From Bugula neritina (Eukaryota > Animalia > Bryozoa): 64,000 bases of DNA. The first letter of the stretch is position 1, and every line of letters begins with the position of its first letter. The notes beneath the pieces were generated by a model. The model saw nothing but the letters and a program-made list of their open reading frames with translations. It was not told the DNA's origin and did not search any database. Positions 1-14,600 of the stretch are shown here, piece by piece. The position numbers and the translations under genes were made by a program. The DNA is taken from NCBI GenBank assembly GCA_964035545.1, contig OZ037766.1, positions 2,976,001 through 3,040,000 of the forward strand, written 5' to 3'.

Positions 1-265
1 ATCTTTTGGACTACCGTTTTGTAACTGGAGTTTGGGTGATTGATACAATGCCTCTTGATAATTGCCTGGAGACCTGTGACTACCCCCTGAGAATAACAAT
101 AGACTCTGTATTAAATAAAAATTTCAAAATTGAAATATTCAGTTTGCGAGATTAAATTTACATTTTATGCATAATTTTGAAATGAGGCTCACCGTAGTCT
201 GGTGGGGATGTGGTAAAAGAGGAACCAGAGTCGAGAGATCGCAAATAGCTGGCAGCACTCGGCAT
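1..265 (-). CDS. 5' part of an unidentified protein-coding gene (partial, continues beyond left edge)
   Basis: Exons 265-193 (ATG...TAC G|gtgag) and 86-1 (tcag|GG GGT) join in frame: MPSAASYLRSLDSGSSFTTSPPDYGGSHRSPGNYQEALYQSPKLQLQNGSPKD. A probable non-coding upstream exon has a GAAAG|gtgagt donor at about 1599. No recognisable domain. Confidence 0.6.
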
Positions 266-3200
266 CACTCTCTCAACTAAACAGAGTGTAATTACAATTT
301 AGACTGCAACTCGCCAGCATTTTAATAATACAACTAATTTTCAGTTACAATGAACTACTCACTGTAGTGCGAAAGTAATTACTTAGCAAATATTGAAACT
401 ATTCAATGTGCTACCAAACTGAAACTCATTAGTATCAATATAGACAAGTAAACATACTATTAAAAGTCTTAACACATTTATGCGCCAACTAATAATTTAG
501 TTAATACAAAACTGTAAAATATAATATAAAATACAAGTTAATGTTTTAATACACAAAGTTAGTCGAACATATTACAAAATGGCTGCATAACCTGACAACA
601 GTCCAAAAAAGGGTACAAAAGATGATTCTAAATATTTCTTGTATAAACAATAAACTGATAATAAATAGCAAAACTTTAGGTTTCAAATGATAGGCAAGGG
701 ACAGTGCGAGTATAAACAATTCAATTTAAAGGCCGAGATAAAATTTCAATGGTGATTTCAACTATGGTCAACACTTTCAGTAGATGTATTCTGCCATTTA
801 AACAAATTTACTGGTAATATTATAATTATTACTATAATATGTTACTAGCAATGCTACTGCTAGTAACCGCAAGCAAAATGATTACACATTCAGTAATGAT
901 AATCCTAATAGTAATTACTGTAACTGTTACTACAACTATCAGTATCTTACTCAGTATTACTACTATTGACTAATTCAGCCAAATTAAAATTGACTTTAAG
1001 CGCTATTGAATTAAATTATTATTAAAAATCAATTTATAATTATTATAAATATTAATATTATTTTATTTTATTTATCATATTTATTAAACTAGAAATGATA
1101 GAAATCAAACTAGAACGTACACTTTGGGCTTAAATAAAACAAATGTTAGTATATTGGAGTTGACACTTAAATCATGGGCATTAGCAGTAAAATAGATAGT
1201 CATAGTGAGAGTGATACTGATAGATATCAAGCTTTCACTTGAATTTGGAGTTAGACGAAGTTCGAGTCATGAGTGAGATTTAGATTGCTTTTAATTAATT
1301 AATACGTTTGGCGAGTATTTAACGTCTTTTTGTCAACCATTATTTATAAACACAAATCTTAATTTAAAAAACACAAGTAATTGACACATGGTGTTTAACC
1401 ACATACCACAATTGCAGTCTATAATAAGTATTATTTGCTCAAAATCATTTGAAAAACATTCTCGCCACCATTTTGATTTACTTTTACCACGTGACAACCA
1501 CTACTTAGTAACAAGTTATGGAATATAAATACAACAACAGGTTCGTTTAAACCTATGTTTTTACGATATGGAAATGGGATTGAAAATCACGCACTCACCT
1601 TTCGGCAAATAACATTAGACAATTGTGCAGTAAAAGAGGTTAGCGCGAATTAAAGCGCATGGCATACAGAATCCTTGCAATTTTTATCTTGCAACCACCA
1701 AAATTAATCATTTTCAAATAAAGAACTTGCCTTTGAAGTTCACACTTTGTTAAATTGGTTTCAAAAACGTTTGCCTAATCATATTTCACTTTAGCTGAAG
1801 TATTAGGTATGTAGATATAAAAAATTTCCAAAAGACATTCTACATTGCTATAAAAGACTATTTTTTATAGACTTAATGATACTTTATAATTATAATAAAA
1901 TAGTAATATATATTTATTATCTCGAGTTTAAATATTTATAATAAAGACTGCTGCGGGTAACAAAAGATTTTTGATACTGGTGATGATTCAGTTGAGAGAA
2001 TGTCTAGCCAAGCGAGTCACTTAGTGCATATTTTCAGGATCTGCCTTGAATGGAGAGAATTTGCTCCATGTGTTAGCTGTGTGCTTAATCACCCTGAAAG
2101 ATATTGTTATTGCATTTTACCAGTGCTCGGGCTATTGTTTGCATGAACAAAATTTTATGTGACTCTGAAAAAGTAATATAGTCTGGAATTTAAAATAATG
2201 AATCTGTTTCATATACTGACATATATTTACAACATACAATACTAAATCCTAAAGTTTGCCATCACCAATTTCTATTTTAAATTTAGCCAAAATAGGCACA
2301 TAGAATATCATTTTAAGCTTGACAAATACTAAAAAGATTGATTGATGAAACTAGATAACTGCATAAGATAAATGATACAGGCCAGCTTGTATAATTTCTG
2401 CACAGTTCAAAATAGGTAACTTGATAGCCAATAAAGTTATAAAATCCAAGTCACACATAACTTTAAAAGACACAGTAAAGTCTAATAAAAGCTGTGTATA
2501 TCGAATATTTATACATCATGGTGGCAAGTACTGCTAATTATAACAAGGCTGCCCACCTATGCTCAGCACCTTCGTATCAGTGCAATCATTCAAAGGTCAA
2601 CCTTCTCACATGTAACTCAATATTCCCACAGATAAAAAACAATCTTCAGATTCATCACCATGAAGAGTGTGTGTATTGAATAGGAATTCAGGCTAGGCTG
2701 ATGGTTGCAATAATCAATTGCAGAAGGCGTAGGTTTTAAGGCTGGCATTGAGTGTGAAATCATTTAGAGCTGGTCTCTCCTTAAAGTTGGCTGGTCCAAC
2801 GTATTCCGCTACTTCTATTATAATCGTTTAGATATTATTTGAAACTTTTACCAATTGCCAGTTAATTTCTCTAGACTACCACTAGAGAATTATTAGAGCA
2901 TTTCTAGATCACTATTGGATCATTTCTAGATCACTTCTAGAGCATATTTATAACACTTTTAGCAAATGATCACGGATAAACGCCAAAACATTGAACAGTC
3001 TTCAGTGACATCTTGATCTTGCTGGAAGCATACAGAAACTTTACCAGGTAAGTGCCCTTCCTACTTTATTTAATTAATCAGGGATACGAAAGATATGATT
3101 ATTGTAAAGTCAAGTCATTGCAAAGTCAATGTGCCTTGATTTAGATAATTTTCATTGTTTTAAAGATCTGCGTAAATCAATATATTTTGTTGATTTCTCA

Positions 3201-5910
3201 TCTTTCTCGCCTTTCTCCGCCATTTCCTGATCGGGTGGCGGTATTTTGTTGATTGTGGTGATGTTATACCACAGCTTGTAAGCTTAAATGTATTGCTGTT
3301 GTACAAAATTTGTTAAAATCAATAACTTTATAGTTTCTTTCTAAAACTGTCTTTATATAAAATTTATAAGAGGTTGTTTTCTGAAAATTTGCTGAACTCC
3401 GTTTTCTTGTAAGGTGGAATTCTTTCATGAAATGTTCAATATTTTGTTGCCAGGATTTCAAATCAAATTTTAATTGCAACATCGCATTGCGTATTATAAT
3501 ATTCTTTCACTAAGGCTTGACATTACATCAAGGTTGTGTTCAGTGCCAGCTTTGAGTGCTTCTACATTTATAGTCAACCTTTTAGCACCTACCAGCTATC
3601 AACTTCAGATAAAAAATCAGCTGACAAGTAAATATTAATTCATTTGAGTCACCAACAACTTCTGTAACTTTGTAAACACAATCTTTCAGCTAAACATTTC
3701 CAAACCTACAAATTTACCACCAATTATTGCACAAACATGCATATATAATATGAACTAACCCACAACTTCTTGAGAATTTACAAATACATACTATACTCTA
3801 ACTTTTTGTAACAAAAGAACTGGCTTTTGTGATGCTTTGCAAGCTAAAGCCTTGTCGTTATTTCGTTATCCCAAATGTGATGCTTTTGCAACTTTCAACA
3901 CCCGCAGTTAATGATTTGTCTGACATTTGCTAACGGAGTGTAGGCTAGATAGTAGTTTTCTAATCATCAAATTCTCAACATCAAACAACCTACTTCTCCA
4001 ACGCAGCAGCATTGTCATCATGCCATTGTAGGCAGCACCAGTATGAGACTTTCAGGAAATTTGAGGTAACAGAAGCTGTAAACTCCTTACAGCATATCTG
4101 TCTATTCAATACCTACTCTTTCAAAAGAGTCTTTGGCTGTTATTGAGATAAGTCATAATAGCTAACCGTGGCCAAAAGGTTATAAGAATTGGTGATGTAA
4201 TAAGTATTACAATCTATAAACTAGTTTTTAATTTTTGTGTTACAGAAATGGAAACGAAATAAATTGAGTAGGTAGATTTCGTTCAGATTTGAGACAAACA
4301 ACTAGTGTAGCTGTATCAGCTTACTAATAATAGAGTCAGCGGGTATCTGTATAGTCAGTAGGCAGCTAAATGACTCAGTCATGCTGCTTTTCTTTATGCT
4401 GCATCAATTAAATTGAGATTGAAACCGTAGACCCAGCGCTGAGTGTGGCCCCCACAGCTCTACAGGAAACAAATATTCACATATTACTTACAGTTGAATT
4501 ACGTCAGCCGTGTTAAAAATAAATTGTAACAGATGGAATGTCAGCTAAAAATGACAGTGTTGTAAAATGTTCTTAATCAGCTTTAAGTACAGCAATAAAA
4601 TCTGGTTGATGAATAACTGCAATTAATTCTGTTATTTGATACTGTTTTTGACACTGAGAATTTCTAGAATAGATAAGTTATAAAATAATACGATAAATAT
4701 ATAAACCAAATTTCAATTCAATTTGAAAAAGCTTCTGACCATTTCCATATATATGTTTATGATTATTCTACTTTTTCTTTTTTCTGACCTGTAGCTAAAT
4801 TTAGTGTAGCTTCTGGTCAAAAGATTGTTTAAGTGACAGTTATTGATGCTTTAGAAAGCAAAACTATGTTTATACAAAAGAACACCGTTTAGTGTTCAGT
4901 CTTTGAGCTACAATTTATTCCACCTCAGAAAAATTTCAAAGAAATTATATTATTCCAACAGAGGAAAAACTTTTACTTATGAAAAAATTTACATGACTGC
5001 GAGAAGTGATAACGGACCTATTTTTACATAATGATGTATAATTATTATGGAATAAATTATATTTATTTATAATTCATCGATATGGTAATGCTTTTCATTC
5101 CGGGCTCCAAGACGTAATATTGCACTTGAGAATGTTGTCAATTTGCATTCAACTTTATACCTTCTCAGCTAACAGTGAATAATTATATATTATTATGCAA
5201 ATGTATATATTTTTTCTTAGGAATCTCACCAAAACAGACTGGGGGAGAATTCTATTGGTTAACAAATAGTCATTGTCTTGCATCAGTAAGCACAGAGCAG
5301 AACAAAAGAAGAGAATCATAAAGCTTTAAGTCATATAATCTTAGGCAGTCTTACTAGAATCACATCTTCTCTGCGTTCACCAATACCTCTAGTACTTTAC
5401 CAACCAATCAGGAGAGTTTTAACAAGTTAAACTTCATCAGCTTGAAGCCAGAAGGACTTTAACTTCGGTAACTAAATTTTCCTAGTATATTTTTACACTG
5501 TTTTATAGCTTTTGCATATATGCCTGTCTCTGTAAGTCTTCTTTCTGTTTTGTTTAGGTAACTTCATAAACACCACGGTGTATGTTTAATGATGTCATTT
5601 TAGTGAAATTATTAGATTTGCGATGCCCAAGCTCCAGCATGTCTAACCAGTTAGTTATGTAAACAAAAAGGTCACTAATAAAACATTGCCCTCTCCACCA
5701 AGCAAGTCATGTGACACAGTATACCCAAGAAATATTATTGTTCAACACCCAACTGATAAATACTGGAATATTATTGGTTTTTAATATACTCTGCTGGTGA
5801 GACCGCTAGTAGTATATCTGGAGACAAAGATAGAGCCATGTGTTTTATATATTGTCAAATGTGGTTATAGAATAATAAGTGTGAGCAATGCGACGTGGGG
5901 GTGGCTGCTC

Positions 5911-5937
5911 TATATAAGTATGCTGTCAACTGACTCA
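5911..5937 (+). promoter_or_regulatory. Candidate TATA box and AP-1 site upstream of the ETS gene
   Basis: TATATAAG at 5911 and TGACTCA at 5931-5937, 60-90 nt before the ATG at 5998. Possible distal UTR exons also exist (donor CAG|gtaagt at 3047; ttcttag|5221-5467|gtaact). Confidence 0.4.
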
Positions 5938-5997
5938 CTCTCATATACGGTGTAGGCAGCAGTAACAAACTCATCTTGTCTTGTAGGTAGTATAATA

Positions 5998-8900
5998 ATG
6001 ATGATAGGCAGCAACCAACCCGGGGCTCCCCCGCCACCCTCTGTACTCGGAACAGATTCCATGAACCAGTGGCCCATCAGCGGCAGCTACTCTCACATGG
6101 TGGCCAACATCAAGCCAGAACCGCAGTCGTACGACCAATATGGCTGCCAGTACACGAACAATAGCTCATACCAACAGCAGCATTGTAACAACGGCAACAT
6201 TGTGGAGAATATAATACTAGAAAACATCACAGATTTGAAAGAAATAAAGTTAGAAGATTTGTGCTATTTGGACAATGAAGACTTTAGTGAGTATGTTCTA
6301 AACGACAGCCGATCTTTAGAACAGATTCGCAAGACCTCTAGCCCGCAGAGCCAATACTCTTCAGCCACATCCTCTCCGCTGTCAGACTTGGAGTACTGCA
6401 GCAGCTCCCCAGCATCTTCTGCTGCCGATAGCTGGCACTCGGATCAAATGGTGCCCAGCGTGTCTAAGAATCACCCACAGTATATAGAGGAAAGGCCTCT
6501 GTATGTGGATACCAACAAGCAACGCTGCTCTTCCCTGGCCACTCCGGCAGCACACCAATCACCTTTCTACGGCAGCTCGTTACATCATCCTTACCAACAC
6601 GCTCAGCAGTTACCCTCAACCAGGTACGTGTCTGTGTATAACACTTAAATGTTACGTAGATTTGTAAATGCTAAGAATGCTTATATCCAATAACTTTCCA
6701 ATAAATAATAATTACTGGATTTGCGATAAAATATGAGCTTCATCAAGTTTATGTTAATTATAGACTGCTGTTACACGTAACCTTCATGTTTTACAAATCG
6801 TACAAGTATTGAACTCTTCAAATACCATAGATGAACAGTCTTATTAAATAAAATATCTTTAGGAAGGCGACCCTTACCTGCCACCATTTTTGTTATTAGA
6901 TGTATGGTTATCAGTCTAAAAATTTTAAGATGTAATTGAATAACAAGTTATGCTATATTATTTTCATTTTATTAGATTACATGCTATTGTAGTCCAAAGA
7001 GCAATAGAATTATAAATTACAACTCAACTTTGCTAAAGGTGTATCAGTTTCAGCCCCAATTATGACTAATTGCGAGAGTATGTGTGAAGTCTTTGATCAA
7101 ATGTAAATAATATAATTTTCTGCTTCAAGAGAGCTTCATGCAGGTAATAAATGTTTACTGGTTTGGATCAGTGATGATAGACATGCTGGTTTTGAACTCC
7201 CATAAACGAGCTAAACCAGTGTCGCTGTTAGCTCTCAAAACTTCATTTACACATGGCGTAATGTTTCAGGTACATCGAAGACGTTTACAGTCAACAGAGA
7301 CCCATATCTGCTGCACCAACCCACCTACACCACTTTAATCAGCATGTCGGCACTCCTCCGCTGTCAGCCGCTGCCCTGCCACCTCCCAGTTACGAGGAGC
7401 ACGTCATGCACTACACAAGTCACACTACTGTACCTCACTACGCTCACTACCACAGCGCCATGTACGCTGACTATGATCCAGAAGGTGAGCTTTTTCTTTT
7501 TCAGTCACAACTGCTTGGTTTACGAGTGTTACTATCGACCAGAATTTTATTTCATATTTTTTTATAATTAGCTGTAATAGTTCAACTGGTTGACTACCTT
7601 TAATTTAGTACATTAATCAATTGACCAAAGTTATTCTGTAATTTATATATTTTAATGTTTTTAGAAACCAATCAAACAGTCCTGGAAGAATATAAAAATA
7701 AATTGATGGAAAGAATAAGATCACAAGGTAAGAGATTATGAAAATTAAATTTATTAAATTACACTTAGCAACTTAAAATAGTTAGTACCAACTGACTGCA
7801 ACTTGTAAGACAGCATGGAGGGTTAGAGCCAGGTTACCAGGCAGCGTGTGAAGTGGGTGGCTGTTTAGATTCTAGCCTTTTTAGTTCGCTAACTGAGTTG
7901 CATCACCACTTTGTTAGATTGGAGGGCTAATGGCTAATCAATTTCTTTATTCGGAGAAACACTACAATAATAAGAAAGATAGAAATTTTTAGTACTACTA
8001 GTAACACCAATTTACCAGAAACAGAAATTGTTGCAGAGGTCTGATTAGCAGATACTAACTTAGATCCACTCCTTAAATCTTTGTCATTTCGAATAATTTT
8101 GTCACAAGTTGATAATTTACACATTTTCTGCAAGAGTTGACAGTTATAAGAGTGTGTGGTCTGCAAAATACCTAAAAATGGTTAATTTGATAGGTAATTC
8201 AATATTTGATTATGATTATAAAAATAAGAGCTGCTGCTGCAGTTTAGACATCTTATAAACAGAAATGTAGGACATTTGCTTTTTGACTACAGGCAGCATT
8301 TGACTACAGGCAGCATTTGAGTGCTGGTAGCAATTATTCAGGCCAGTGCTGTTGATAATTAATCAATTTATAAGACACTGCTCTATTCCCAGTGTTGGGT
8401 TACTGTTTTCAGATTACAGTTTTAATGGGTTGCACTAGAGTTTTACTTTTTATTATAAGGTAGTTCTAAAATTTGTTGCCATGCCAACTGTCCATCTTAG
8501 CAGTTTTATTTGAGATCCCTGTATACTTGATGTAATATGCATAATTTATTATTGCTTTGCCGTGATATATGGCATGGTGAACTGGTACGTTAGACAGAAT
8601 GTCTGCAAGCCAACAATGAGCTGGGTACACTGTTCCAGCTTGAATGGGTGTCACATACACACCATCAAATACCATTAAATAAGTAACTGAATTAATAAAT
8701 TGCTAATACATCAATTAATCCGATAAAAAGTAATTGACAGGTTTGATATAGTGTGCTATTTATGACATTAGTATTCTCAACTGATGCTTGCGAAACTAAC
8801 AGATTCTGTGGCAATCATGTAAAACATGCAGATTTGAATAAAAAGAAAGGTGCAAAGAAATGAAGCCGGTACAATTAGTCATACATCTAATTTTGTAACA

Positions 8901-10111
8901 AAGATAATTAATTGGCCAGCTAAAATCTCAAATATTTATAGTAAAGTACCGAAAGTTATTGAAAAAGCAAACGTGCTGATTGCTTCAGCATGTCTCACAC
9001 TAAGTGACTTTGTGTAGACTACAGTGTCTTCAGCTGCCGTGCAGACAATGCTGCCTTGTACACTATGCAGCATGTGAAACAAGTCCATTTTCAGAATGAT
9101 TTGCACTGAGGATAGTTTTAGTTTGAATGGATCATTATTTTTTTATTGGAGTTGGATAGACATAGCAATTCTCATTAGTAAGGCTTAGCTAATTTTATCT
9201 CAATTTAGAATGTTTAGTCCAAATTCCACAACATGAAAAGTAAGGCTGGTTTGGCTACAGCCCTGACTCTATACCAAAATAAATGCATTTTTATGTGATA
9301 AAAATAAGTGTTATATAACAATTAGCTGTATGAGTGGCTTTACATTACTTAGAAAATGTAGGGTGTATAATATAGACATTGAAGCTGTTATAAGACTTCA
9401 ATTAGTGATTACATTTGCAGAACAACTTTCCCTATCAAAATAGACTGCTATAATTATAATATTCTTAATACTTATATATGTAACTAATTAGTACCTGTGT
9501 TTGCATTGTATACGTGGCTATACAACTGTAAACCTACCATATTTATGTGTGTTCAATCTCAACAAAAAACTTGTTTAATGATTTTTTTACATCAAAACTT
9601 TAGAAACCAAAATTTTAATTATCACTATCAAAATTTTATTTGCAAGACTTGGCCTATTTAAAACTTTGTCTGCCAAAAGGTTTATTACTCTAAATAGTCT
9701 GGTGGTGCATTTGCATTCAGCTGCTTTGGGAATCCTTTTATTAATTATTTTAAATTTTGTATTTTAGGTGGACAAATCCAATTATGGCAGTTCCTGCTGT
9801 CTCTGCTAGACGACGAATCGAATAGTGAGTGCATTGCATGGGAAGGAAGTTTCGGGGAATTTAGAATGGTCAATCCCGATGAAGTAGCGAGGAAATGGGG
9901 TGAGAAGAAGAAAAAGGTGAACATGACTTATGACAAGCTCTCCCGCGCCCTCCGATACTACTACGATAAGCTAATTCTGACCAAAACACATGGCAAAAGG
10001 TATACCTACAAGTTCCACTTTAAAAGAATTGTACAACAACTGAGAAAACCTGGATCTGGGGCTAAGAGAGATCCCAGCTATATTCCACACGACCTATTGC
10101 CTTATATGTAA
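5998..10111 (+). CDS. ETS-domain transcription factor, ERG/FLI1/FEV-like subfamily
   Basis: Exons 5998-6623, 7270-7484, 7665-7727 and 9768-10111 splice in frame. The last exon encodes [83 protein letters not shown], an ETS domain with the ERG-type [10 protein letters not shown] start. No PNT domain seen. Confidence 0.92.
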
Positions 10112-11699
10112 GACCGAGATGAAGCTGGTGAAAGTTTGTCTGCTGATTACAGAGTCTTGCTAGTTGTGAAGAAAGAAGTCGGCTTAGCAATTGCTGAGTG
10201 CTTGTTAATTGTTAATTGCTGACGTAATCACAGATATAATATACACATTGGCATTTTCTTAATTTGTAAATGTGCTTCTATTACTCTCTATTAAACACTG
10301 ATGAGCTCACATTAACATCAATGCATGTGCGCAATCATGTTTTTGCAGTAATTTCTTTTGGGAACCCAAAGACTATAAACAGAGCCACAACATAACTTAT
10401 CTTTATTTAATCTTATAATTATTATGTTAATAAATTATAAATATTAATATACTTATATATAATTATATTATTGTACGCGTGCTCACATGCTGTTTTAGGT
10501 GAGAGCTTTGGCGCTGGCGTTGAAAGCAATCCAATTTTTGTTATTTTATGTAAAGCTTAACTTTTTTCTTTGTACATTTTTTATTTTGTTGAATTATTAA
10601 ATTAATTAATTAAATATAATTATGGCATCGTGCTGTGTTCGATTTCATAATTCAATTTCGTAGTCGTATTATGTAGAATTTAGCATCTGGTTACCGATCT
10701 CACATTACTGTACAATATTCTTTCCACCAACTCATACAGTTGTTGCATATTTCTTTATTACATTGATATTCTTGTATTATAATTATATATTTCAGACATG
10801 TATGTCCTTTAATAAGTAATAAAAAACATCACATTGTCACAAAAAGCAATTTTTATTAATCCCACCTAAATAAACTTTCAACAAGATTAACTTGCAACAG
10901 TTGCATTAAGCCCATGTACCTCCAAACAACTATGGGATTCTTTTTATTACATAACAATAATTGTATTATTTATCATGTATGACGATATATTGAGCAATAT
11001 TTTTAACCTGACTTTTGCAAACTTGATTTGTATATAAATACAACAGCAGCTTTGATGTTTTCTTGATGCAGATAATCTGCTTGCCAGAATTAATCAAAAG
11101 CACTCTTTGTATAGAACTTCAACTCTCATATATTTATCTTCACATCAAAAACAACTTATTATATGGATGTATATAATTGCTAGCTAATCTATAGTATGCT
11201 AGAAATATAATAGTTTGAATATACCTATATATCATTTAATTGTATATTTCTAGGTAGTCACATATAGAAATATATAATAATAATATATTACATATAGATC
11301 AGTAAAACAATATTCAAAAATAAATGATCAAATTATTAAAACTACTACCAAAATATATTATAGAAGAGTGAATCGGTATTGCATATTATGGAAGTGAATA
11401 TATATATATATTAGCAAACATTTGTAGAGTGAATAGTGGGTGGTAGACAACAACACACTAACTACTGCATCAAACTTAATTGCTAAAATTAACAACTGAA
11501 TAAACATTACTTGGAAAAAGTTGCTGTAAACTTTAATAAATGTCAAATTGTATAGAAAACATAGAGCCATCCACATTAAGGAAAAAATAAAAGGTCAGTT
11601 TGTAAAATGTTATTGCAGCCATTATTGCATGGAACAGAAAATTAAAATTCTTATTCGTGAATTTTGCGAATTTTTCGTTGAAAATACGGTACGCCGGAG

Positions 11700-14600
11700 T
11701 TATCTTTTCTTTAATGGGGGTTCTTTAGTAGGAGTCGGAGGGGAACTGGAATCGCTAGAGTCGCTGTCCTTCCTGGGTGATCTCTGGGACTGATAGCTGC
11801 TCTTTCTGGGTGGCATGTAAGACTGACACTTGACAGGACTTGAGCCTGGGGACTGACACGGGCTGGCAGGCTCTATGTGATCACAGATCAGCGTCTCTCC
11901 ATCGCGAAAGTTCAACGCCCAAACAAACCTATTATTGGTTCTTATTTCAGTTGGTCCTTGACATTTGTCATCGTGATAAAGTCGAAACTTTTTAGACCCA
12001 ACGAATTTTCTCAGCGAAGTCTTTAGTTGGCCTAAGTAAGAAATTAAACATCATAAAACATATGGAATCTTTCGTCAATGTGACACAACGAAATTTAAAA
12101 ATTCAAGCTTCACTTTCATTGCATTTCTAATAGAATGGTTGAACCAAGCAAGCGATTAACAATTGAATATACAAAGTTGTCTGTCCAACAAAAATTAAAA
12201 TGATAAACAAGCAGATGCAAGCATGTGACATTTAAGCACAAAAAACTATTTTTATTAATACTTGTTACTATTATCACTATAATTATTATTGATAAATTAT
12301 GATTACTTGCAAAGTACATCGGGTAGGACAAAGCGAGTACTAACCGATGGTTTGTTTGGTTGGAATATCAAACAGCTCTTCCCGGACGCCACAGATGACT
12401 GTCATGGACACAGTGCTGGCGGGTTGGAGGTTCACATTGGCCAGTGGGTCAATATTTCCATGTTTACCCACCAGCTTGTTATACCTGCAGAGAGAAGGTG
12501 CGGCTGCTTAACCTGCCAACTAAGGGGCTGATAACTCTAAATAGTGAGGTATGAGAGGAAGATAGCCTTGGATAACAAAATATGACATAAATCTGTGACT
12601 GAATTAGCTGTATTTAAAGAAGATTTTCTGTAACAAGAATTGAAAACATAGCATATCAACGCTTCAAGTTTACAGAGAATTCAAATTGCCATCAGAGTTC
12701 TCGTTTCCAGTTAAGCCTTTTTAAACATATAAATCTCCACGCAGGCTTTGAAGAGCATAATAAGACCTTATGGAACAAATATATTATAGCAACAATATAA
12801 ATTTCATATGAATAAAATACACTTGTATGATACAATATAATATTTATAATATAGATAATACATTATGAACACTATATAATACGTATAATATACTATACTA
12901 CGCGTATTATACAGATATAGAATACCACAGAGGCTTGTCAGGGATATTCTGAAAATGTCGAAGATAAACGCGCTCAGCCGTGTCTCTCTCGCTGTCGGAT
13001 ATGACGCTGCCATTGAGTCGAGACACGTGGGGAAAGTAGACAACTACCAACTGTCTTCTTTTCAGTTCATCATAATTCTAAGAAATACATAAAAATATTG
13101 AATCATTGTAAATATTGATTCAGTACAATGCTAAGATGTGACAGAGAAGTGAATTACACATCATAGTAGAGTATCATAGAGATTACGTGATCCATCACAG
13201 CGGTTTTATGACTAGCAGCAAATAAGTTGAGTTAGCACCATTGAGATATGAGCAGCCGAGGCAACTGTATTTTTACAAAGATCACAAGATTGCGCGAGGG
13301 GGGAATAAATGCTATTTTCAAGTGAGCACAACTCCCATTCATGAATTTTTGTACTAGTTTGATTACAACACATTTTTTATGACTCAGAAACTCAGTACAG
13401 AATGAGCATTAGAGTAGAAATAACCACAGCTACATACATGACTTATGTTTTAGTCATGCACTCAAAGCTGCAACTTCAAAAGAAGTAATTATAATGGTAC
13501 AAATAAAACTATTAGATATACTGGGAGTTATGCTCTCAAGATAAATCCCAACAAACCAATAGATCTACCTGCACAAGTGGTATTGAATGAAGACGGATAT
13601 CGGCAACGGATTTGATGACTGATAATTTCCCTAACTCATCCCAGTCAGATATAAATGTGTTGTTCATATTGAGAACTTGTAAATGACGAAAGGCTGCCTC
13701 ATTATCCTCCACACTCCCTGAAAGAGAACGGCTGCCAGCTTATAATCAAATCCAAACAACAACAACAACATAGAGTATTAGCAACACAACACAGTCTGTT
13801 ACAGGACAGAGGGGTGATAGGCTGATAGTCTTTGCAATACCACTAGATAGGTTGATATCACCTAGTCCAGTAACTATCACTGCATTTACAAGCTTCGCAT
13901 TATGGAGTTTTCATTCGATGTTTAGAAACAGTTGCATTGAATGAAACCGCAACCAGAGGTTCATGCAAACCACAACCACAAATTCATTCAAGCATCCATA
14001 TGCACAATATGAAGCAATGGAAATGCAGCGAATGGTCAAATTCGAAAATCCAAACACTCTTACTGTAGGAGTGTGGAATTTGAATTCCATTATTCAATCA
14101 GTTGCAATACATTCATAGAGTCTCTGCAATGTAAGATAACTTACCGCAAGTTGATATTTTGTTGTGTGCGAGTATCAGAGTGCGTAGTTTAGGGAAAACC
14201 TTGTCTATTTTGAGAACACAACTCCAATCATCAAATTTGTTCTCAGTAAGTTGTAATAGTCTGAGTGACTCGTAAGCAGGCATATTCAGCTCAATCTTAT
14301 CATAGGAGTTACCACTAAGGTAGAGCTCTTCCAGGCTACAAAAAAGATAATCTTACAACAATTAATAAATAACTGTCAATACAGCAAGTAGCTCTTTTTG
14401 AAACTTTTTTTCCAAGTTTTCTCTATGCTATACCTAAAACAGTATGGAAAAAACACTTGATGAACAATACCAGTAAAAAACTAATTGAAAAAAACACTTA
14501 AATTAAAATGACGTAGAATAGACATGTTGATGAAATATTATTTTGAAAAAATTGGCTTCAATATACAATGTATTTACATTAAACTGAATTGACTAAACTA

